Assembly: GCA_007693555.1 (NCBI GenBank)
Contig: REDJ01000106.1
Span: 2,496 to 66,495 of the forward strand
Length of the DNA: 64,000 nucleotides
Source of the DNA: Bacteroidota bacterium
GTDB taxonomy: Bacteria; Bacteroidota; Bacteroidia; Bacteroidales; UBA7960
Direction of reading: 5' to 3'
Below, in pieces: positions 58,243-64,000 of the stretch. The notes beneath the pieces were generated by a model. The model saw nothing but the letters and a program-made list of their open reading frames with translations, was not told the DNA's origin and did not search any database. Within the stretch, counting starts at the first letter, position 1, and the number at the start of each line of letters is the position of its first letter. The translations under genes were made by a program, and so were the position numbers.

Positions 58243-59538
58243 TATTCTGGTAATCAACAATTTTATAGCGTGGATATCTGGTCTATTATTATTCTTAGCT
58301 TATTATTTTCAGCCTTTTTTTCAGGTATGGAAATTGCCTGGGTAACCGCCAACAAACTCAAAGTTGAAGTTGATAAAAAAAGCGGTGGTTTTTCTGCAAA
58401 ACTGATTTCCAGGCTAACACAATCCGATTCCGGTTTTATCTCAGCAATGCTGGTGGGTAACAATATTGCCCTGGTTATATATGGTATTTCTTTTGCTATT
58501 GTGCTCGAGCGTTTCCTTACACAGGCATTACCCTCGGTTTTTCATAATGATTTTACCTTATTGGTTACCCAAACTGTTATATCATCAATAGTAATACTGT
58601 TGTTTGCAGAATTTATACCTAAAACACTTTTCCGCATTAATGCCAACAGTATTCTCAGATTATTTGCCCTGCCGGTCACTCTCATATACTACCTGCTTTA
58701 CCCCCTTGTATTTATTACACTTGGAATTTCTGAGTTTATTTTGAAAAAAATTTTTCATCTGAAAATGGCAGATAGCCCAAAAACATTTGATAGTGTTGAT
58801 ATCAATAATTTTTTGCATGAGTTTGGTGATTCCGGATCAAAGCAGGCTGAAGAAAGTATTGAAATGCAAATTTTCCGGAATGCCATTGAGTTTCCCGAAA
58901 TCAAACTCCGGGAAAGCATGAAACCCCGCACCGAAATTGTTGCACTCGAAGAAAATGAGAGCCTGGACGCTTTTCGTAAAAAATTCTCAGAGAAAGGTCT
59001 TTCAAAAATATTAATTTACCGAAAAAATATTGACAACATCATAGGATATGTGCATGCTTTTGATTTTTTTAAAAAACCTAAAGATATACAAAGCATCATA
59101 CGCCCCATCATGATTGTACCCGAAGCTATGTATGTTAATAAATTGCTTAAAAGCTTCATTCAGCAACGTAAAAGTATTGCTGCTGTCGTTGACGAGTTTG
59201 GAGGTACTGCCGGTTTAATTACCATTGAAGATATTATGGAGGAGATTTTCGGAGAAATTGATGATGAATACGACACTGACGATTTTATCGAGAAAAAAAT
59301 CAACGAGCTTGAGTACTTATTTTCAGCCCGGCTGGAAATTGATTATCTGAATGAAGCATACAATTTGAATCTTCCCGAATCGGATGAATATGAAACCCTG
59401 GGAGGCTTGATCATTAACCATCATGAAAGCATTCCTTTGGTAAATGAAGAAATAATAATCAAAAATTACAGTTTTAAAATTATACAGGTTAGTGAAAAAC
59501 GCATTGAACAGGTGCACCTGAAAATACTGAATGGTTAA
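58240..59538 (+). CDS. CNNM/DUF21 + CBS pair + CorC_HlyC domain protein (hemolysin/GldE family)
   Basis: DUF21 N-terminus (LLFSAFFSGMEIAWV), CBS pair (IMIVPEAMYVNKLL... AAVVDEFGGTAGLITIEDIMEEIFGEIDDEYD) and the CorC_HlyC C-terminal domain. The true start is possibly the GTG at 58270. Confidence 0.85.
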   Translation: MYSGNQQFYSVDIWSIIILSLLFSAFFSGMEIAWVTANKLKVEVDKKSGGFSAKLISRLTQSDSGFISAMLVGNNIALVIYGISFAIVLERFLTQALPSVFHNDFTLLVTQTVISSIVILLFAEFIPKTLFRINANSILRLFALPVTLIYYLLYPLVFITLGISEFILKKIFHLKMADSPKTFDSVDINNFLHEFGDSGSKQAEESIEMQIFRNAIEFPEIKLRESMKPRTEIVALEENESLDAFRKKFSEKGLSKILIYRKNIDNIIGYVHAFDFFKKPKDIQSIIRPIMIVPEAMYVNKLLKSFIQQRKSIAAVVDEFGGTAGLITIEDIMEEIFGEIDDEYDTDDFIEKKINELEYLFSARLEIDYLNEAYNLNLPESDEYETLGGLIINHHESIPLVNEEIIIKNYSFKIIQVSEKRIEQVHLKILNG

Positions 59539-59653
59539 TGATATGTTATATTTTTTCCCGGACTGATATTTCATTTAGCGATACATTTCATTGCAGAATC
59601 CCTTTTAATTTATTTTAATTTAAACTGACAATCAAAGGTTTTAAAATTTGTTA

Positions 59654-59661
59654 TACCTTTG
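59654..59661 (+). promoter_or_regulatory. candidate -7 box TACCTTTG for ppiD-like gene
   Basis: TAnnTTTG match 52 nt upstream of the ATG at 59713. Confidence 0.4.
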
Positions 59662-59712
59662 CAATTCGATTTTTTAAAACAAGTATAATCAGATATAAGA
59701 ATAAAGAAAACT

Positions 59713-61833
59713 ATGGCTGTTATTGGAAAAATAAGAAGTTATTCAGGGCTGTTAATTGCTGTTATCGGGATTGCTCTTGCTGCATTTGTTCTGGGTGATT
59801 TTATGGGTTACGGGCCCACTGGCAGGCAGGATTTTGAAGTTGGCTCAGTGGGAAGAACCAAAATCATGTACCCCGAATTTGAAAACAGGGTAGCCCAGCA
59901 ACTTGAAAACTGGCGTCAGCAAACAGGAAATCAAAGCATAGGTCAGAGAGAGACATTTCAGATCAGGCAACAGGTATGGAATCAGATGCTCAGAGAGATC
60001 CTCCTGAGCAGAGAGTTTGAAAATATTGGCCTTGCAGTATCCGGAGATGAACTCCGTGACCTTGTTATAGGACCAAATCCGCATCCTGTTATTATACAAA
60101 ATTTTACTGATCCTCAAACCGGTGCTTTCGACCCTCAAAACGTAATTAATTTTATTGAGAATCTTGATTTTATGGAGCCAGGCATGCAGGACCGTTGGTT
60201 CATGCTGGAAGACTTTATCAGACAAGACAGAAAGGAAACCAAATATCATACACTAATAAGCAAAGCCTATTATACTCCTGAAATGCTGGCCGCACTTGAT
60301 TATCAGAACAAGAATGCAACTGCTGACATAAGTGTAGCACTAAAAAGGTTTACTGAAATTGATGATACATTGGTTAATGTAACTGATCGTGAGCTTCGTA
60401 ACGTTTATAATACACATAAAAATACTTTCAGGCGTGAGGCATCACGTGATATTGAATATGTTGTTTTTCCCGTCTTCCCTTCCGAACAGGATCGGGAAAA
60501 TATAAGACTGGAAATTGAAAGACTCAGGTCAGAACTGGAAAATACAGATGATGTAATATCATTTATCAATGCCAACTCCGACAGCCGTTTCGACCCTCGC
60601 TTTTACGGACCCGGTGAACTTTCTCCCGAAATCGATGAACTGATGTTTGAAGAAGAGCCCGGTTTTATATACGGTCCCTACGAGGAAAACAATTCCTTTG
60701 TGATTTCAAAACTCAATGATGTACAGTTTCGCCCCGATTCTATGCGGGCTTCCCATATTCTTATTGCACACAGGATGTCTATGTCAGCTGGCCCGGAAAC
60801 CACACTCAGCCGTGAGCAGGCACAGCAAAAAGCTGACAGCCTGTTGAATGTAGTGAGAAGAAGCCCTGCCCGATTTGCTCAACTTGCCATGGAGCTCTCC
60901 GATGACCCTTCGGCATTCAATAACCAGGGCGACCTGGGTTGGTTCCCTGATGGGGCAATGGTTGAGCCATTTAATGAAGCTGTCATCAATACTCCGGTAA
61001 ACAGTTTCACCGTAGCAGAATCCGACTTTGGATTTCATGTGATACGCGTTACGGGCAAATCAGCTCCTGCTAAAAAGGTTCAGGTTGCCAGGCTGACAAG
61101 AGAAATTGATTTCAGCAACCAAACCTACCAGAGAATTTTCGGACAAGCAAGTGCATTCGCATCCCTGCTCAGAGAAGGCGTTGATTTTGACACAGCTATT
61201 GAAGAAAAAGGACTGGCAAAACGTATTGCTCCTGACATTCGCCCAATGGATAATACCATCCCCGGAATAGAAAGCCCCAGAAGCATCATTCAGTGGGCCT
61301 TTGCAGATCGCACGCGCAGGGGCGATTACTCGCAGATATTTGACCTGGATGGAAGATTTGTTATTGCCAAAGTAACAAAGGTAAGAGAAGAGGGAGTCCC
61401 TCAACTGGATGATATCCGCAATGAAATTATGGAAATTGCCATCAGGGAGAAAAAAGCAGAAATGCTCAAAGAACAATTCATGCAAGCCCAGGGTAACAAT
61501 CTTGAAGAAATTGCTTCAAACCTTGATATTGAAACAAGGCTGGTTGAGAATCTCAGGTTTAATCAAAGTAATTTACAGGGTTTTGGAAATGAGCCAGCTG
61601 TTATTGGTGCTGTCTTTGCCATGGAAGCCGGCAGCAGACCACAAACTGTCAAGGGAAATGCCGGCGTCTATATGGTTGAAATAATTGAGATGCATGAAGC
61701 TGTTGAGCCTGATACATGGGCAAATCAGCGCAGGCAACTTAAGGATGCTTTCCGTAACAGAGTCCCTGCAGAAGCCTATCGTGCTATTGAGCAAAGTGCT
61801 GATGTAAATGACAACAGGCATCGATTCTATTAA
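59713..61833 (+). CDS. periplasmic chaperone / peptidyl-prolyl isomerase (PpiD/SurA-like, parvulin domain)
   Basis: N-terminal anchor (MAVIGKIRSYSGLLIAVIGIALAAF), a SurA_N-like region, and a parvulin domain (ASHILIAH ... QGDLGWF ... GFHVIRV). Confidence 0.85.
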   Translation: MAVIGKIRSYSGLLIAVIGIALAAFVLGDFMGYGPTGRQDFEVGSVGRTKIMYPEFENRVAQQLENWRQQTGNQSIGQRETFQIRQQVWNQMLREILLSREFENIGLAVSGDELRDLVIGPNPHPVIIQNFTDPQTGAFDPQNVINFIENLDFMEPGMQDRWFMLEDFIRQDRKETKYHTLISKAYYTPEMLAALDYQNKNATADISVALKRFTEIDDTLVNVTDRELRNVYNTHKNTFRREASRDIEYVVFPVFPSEQDRENIRLEIERLRSELENTDDVISFINANSDSRFDPRFYGPGELSPEIDELMFEEEPGFIYGPYEENNSFVISKLNDVQFRPDSMRASHILIAHRMSMSAGPETTLSREQAQQKADSLLNVVRRSPARFAQLAMELSDDPSAFNNQGDLGWFPDGAMVEPFNEAVINTPVNSFTVAESDFGFHVIRVTGKSAPAKKVQVARLTREIDFSNQTYQRIFGQASAFASLLREGVDFDTAIEEKGLAKRIAPDIRPMDNTIPGIESPRSIIQWAFADRTRRGDYSQIFDLDGRFVIAKVTKVREEGVPQLDDIRNEIMEIAIREKKAEMLKEQFMQAQGNNLEEIASNLDIETRLVENLRFNQSNLQGFGNEPAVIGAVFAMEAGSRPQTVKGNAGVYMVEIIEMHEAVEPDTWANQRRQLKDAFRNRVPAEAYRAIEQSADVNDNRHRFY

Positions 61834-61853
61834 AAAAATTATTTTTATACTGG

Positions 61854-61886
61854 AAAACCCGCTTTGATAACAAGGCGGGTTTTTTT
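61854..61886 (+). terminator. rho-independent terminator after ppiD-like gene
   Basis: Stem aaaacccgc / gcgggtttt with a 12-nt loop, followed by a T-run. It lies 21 nt after the stop. Confidence 0.75.
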
Positions 61887-61953
61887 GTATTTTAGCCTGT
61901 CATTAGGAGAATATAACTCCTTAATCTTAATCTTAACCTTAACCTTTTCATCT

Positions 61954-63840
61954 ATGCAAATGACCCAATCTCACCTCAAAACTCTGATGATTGACACTTC
62001 AACCGGTTTTTATAAAATTCTGAGATATGAAATCGGAAACTTCTGGGGGCCTGTTGACCTGGGTATACATCTTGCCAAAAAATTCAACAGCCTGAATATA
62101 GGTACCGGTCTGCTGGCAGGCTCTATTTTTCCCGGCTCCAACAGGCTTGTATTTAACGGGTTCAGTCCCAACTGGCATGGATTTTATGTGTCCTCAATGG
62201 GAGGAGCAGGACTGGTATTTGATAACCTTGGATTAAATATGGTTTCCATTACAGGAAAGGCACTTACACCATCTATCATTTACCTGAACCGGGTGCATGG
62301 TGAGGAAATTGAGGTAGAGGTCATTCCCGTTCGTATTCATGAAGTATGGGAAGAAGGACGAAAAGGGGTTTATTCAATGATGCAACATACCCTTGATGTT
62401 TTTCGTGACCGTTACGAAAATGACCCCCGCATACTTGCTACCGGGCCTGCCTCTTTTTACACCGATTCGGGAGCTATAGGTTCTGCACCAATCCGCAAGG
62501 GAGAAATAACTTATATTGACTGCTGGGCGGGGCGTGGAGGCTTTGGTACCAAGCTACTGCAGCAACATGGTATTGCAGCTGTTATATACGGTGGTACCTA
62601 TATTGACGAAGACTTCCGCGATCGTAATGTTGCCGACTCATGGTTTCAGGATCGCTACCAGAAGAAGCTTTCTGCCAAAGACCTTGAAACCACCACAAAA
62701 TACCGATACGATCCTGCCTTTAATACCGGTGGTACGCTGGGTGTAAATTTTGCCACCATACAGGATTACATAATTGCTTTCAATTACCGCACCATTCACT
62801 GGACTGACGAACAACGACTCAAACTCCACAAAGAGTTTATTCTCAATCATTATCTCAAGCAATTCAACGAAGAAACTATCATCCCAAAGCAGCAGAAAAC
62901 CTGTGGTGAACCGTGTGCTGCTGTGTGCAAGAAAATGAACAACCACTTTAAAAAAGATTACGAGCCTTATCAAACCATGGGCCCGTTATGTGGTATATTT
63001 GATCAACGGGCGGCTGAAATTACCAATCAAAAAGCCGATTCACTGGGATTTGACGCCATTTCGGTGGGAGGTGTACTTGCATGGCTGATGGATTGTATGG
63101 AAGATGGGCTTATTGAGCCCGAAGAGCTGGGGTTATCTGAAAAGCCACGCTGGGACTGGCAAAATTTTGACCTGGTTAACGACTCCATGCACAATGCACA
63201 AATAGCCATTGCTTTACTGGAAGAAATGGCCACAGAAAACGGCCGCATCAACCTCATGGAGGGGGCCAGGAAATACGCCCGGAACCTGGCAAGAGAAAAA
63301 GGAATAGAAGTGCTTAACCGCTTTGTATATAATGCTTTTGCCCGGCATGGATGGATGGTTCCCAATCAGTACTGGACACCAGGTGTACTGAGCCCAATGG
63401 GCATTATGGGCAAATATTACAATGACTATGGTAAGGAATTCATATCACCCCGCGAACTGGGCCGCAGAAATGCAGAAAGAATGGTCAAAGAGCTCATGCT
63501 TGACAACACCGGCATTTGCCGCTTCCACCGTGCATGGGCAGAAGATATCATGCCTGATATCATTGAAAAGCTTTTCGGGCAGAAAGAAAAGTTCCTGCGT
63601 GCACTTTCACTCACTGCAAGCCGCATCAACAGCCGCAATGCATCTGTTTTCTGGGAAAGCAGGCGCAACATTGATTATGTGCACACTTTCCTGAAAAAGA
63701 AGTCTTTAGCCGGAGATAAAAGCCCCGAACTAAAGCTCTGGCTTGGCAAATTTGATGAGGACCCTAAAAGTGCGGCACTGGATTTCTGGTATGAAATTCA
63801 TAAGGGAGTGCATGAATCATTGAGAGAATTTCCTGACTGA
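61954..63840 (+). CDS. aldehyde:ferredoxin oxidoreductase (AOR)-family protein, divergent
   Basis: The N-terminal domain pattern (YKILRYEIG... GTGLLAGSIFPGSNRLVFNGFSP... GGAGLVFDNLGLNMVSITGKA) and the C-terminal region (ADSLGFDAISVGGVLAWLMDCMEDGLI, DNTGICRF) resemble AOR family motifs. The Cys cluster is CGEPCAAVC. The start is taken at the ATG at 61954, because the upstream ORF extension overlaps the terminator. Confidence 0.65.
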   Translation: MQMTQSHLKTLMIDTSTGFYKILRYEIGNFWGPVDLGIHLAKKFNSLNIGTGLLAGSIFPGSNRLVFNGFSPNWHGFYVSSMGGAGLVFDNLGLNMVSITGKALTPSIIYLNRVHGEEIEVEVIPVRIHEVWEEGRKGVYSMMQHTLDVFRDRYENDPRILATGPASFYTDSGAIGSAPIRKGEITYIDCWAGRGGFGTKLLQQHGIAAVIYGGTYIDEDFRDRNVADSWFQDRYQKKLSAKDLETTTKYRYDPAFNTGGTLGVNFATIQDYIIAFNYRTIHWTDEQRLKLHKEFILNHYLKQFNEETIIPKQQKTCGEPCAAVCKKMNNHFKKDYEPYQTMGPLCGIFDQRAAEITNQKADSLGFDAISVGGVLAWLMDCMEDGLIEPEELGLSEKPRWDWQNFDLVNDSMHNAQIAIALLEEMATENGRINLMEGARKYARNLAREKGIEVLNRFVYNAFARHGWMVPNQYWTPGVLSPMGIMGKYYNDYGKEFISPRELGRRNAERMVKELMLDNTGICRFHRAWAEDIMPDIIEKLFGQKEKFLRALSLTASRINSRNASVFWESRRNIDYVHTFLKKKSLAGDKSPELKLWLGKFDEDPKSAALDFWYEIHKGVHESLREFPD

Positions 63841-64000
63841 AAAAAATTTCGTTTTATCCTTCCGGTTAAATACTCAGTTTGCATATTGATATTTTATAGG
63901 ATAAATAAATATTTTTTATCCCCTAATCACTTCAATATCAAGGCTAAAAATATTTATTATCCGTTTTTTAACTATTTCTTAAAATAATAAAAATACAAGA

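Noticed and set aside
61864-61953. N-terminal 30-codon extension of the AOR-like ORF (MITRRVFLYFSL...).
   Set aside because: The extension begins inside the ppiD terminator hairpin and T-run and translates to a low-complexity leader. The ATG at 61954 is the more plausible start.

Overview
This 64-kb window looks like a chromosomal, mostly housekeeping segment of a Bacteroidota genome. Three lines of evidence support that assignment. First, it carries gliding/T9SS genes: gldH, sprA, and a GH13 enzyme with a T9SS C-terminal sorting domain. Second, two known syntenies are present: holB-PSP1-gldH-PBP1A and ruvA-sprA. Third, TAnnTTTG -7 promoter boxes sit upstream of many genes. A glycyl-radical enzyme with its activase, an aldehyde:ferredoxin-oxidoreductase-like protein and an Fe-S type APS/PAPS reductase suggest an anaerobic or facultative lifestyle. 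I call about 40 protein genes, one tRNA-Phe(GAA), several rho-independent terminators and candidate promoters. I saw no transposase, integrase, CRISPR array, restriction or toxin module, and no recognisable defence system. All product calls rest on motif recognition by eye, because no homology search was possible. The least ordinary items are listed here. (1) A 1,703-aa fusion of an SLC12/CCC-type transporter, a long helical region and a C-terminal P-loop NTPase, probably co-transcribed with a small MscS-like channel. (2) An ECF-sigma operon whose anti-sigma-like protein ends in an outer-membrane beta-barrel-like domain. (3) A degenerate tandem array of ~50-nt hairpin repeats between sod and the glycyl-radical operon. 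(4) A ~156-nt nested inverted-repeat element downstream of the secreted amylase gene. (5) Two diverged paralogous TPR-like genes flanking lptC. None of these is demonstrably a novel system from sequence alone.
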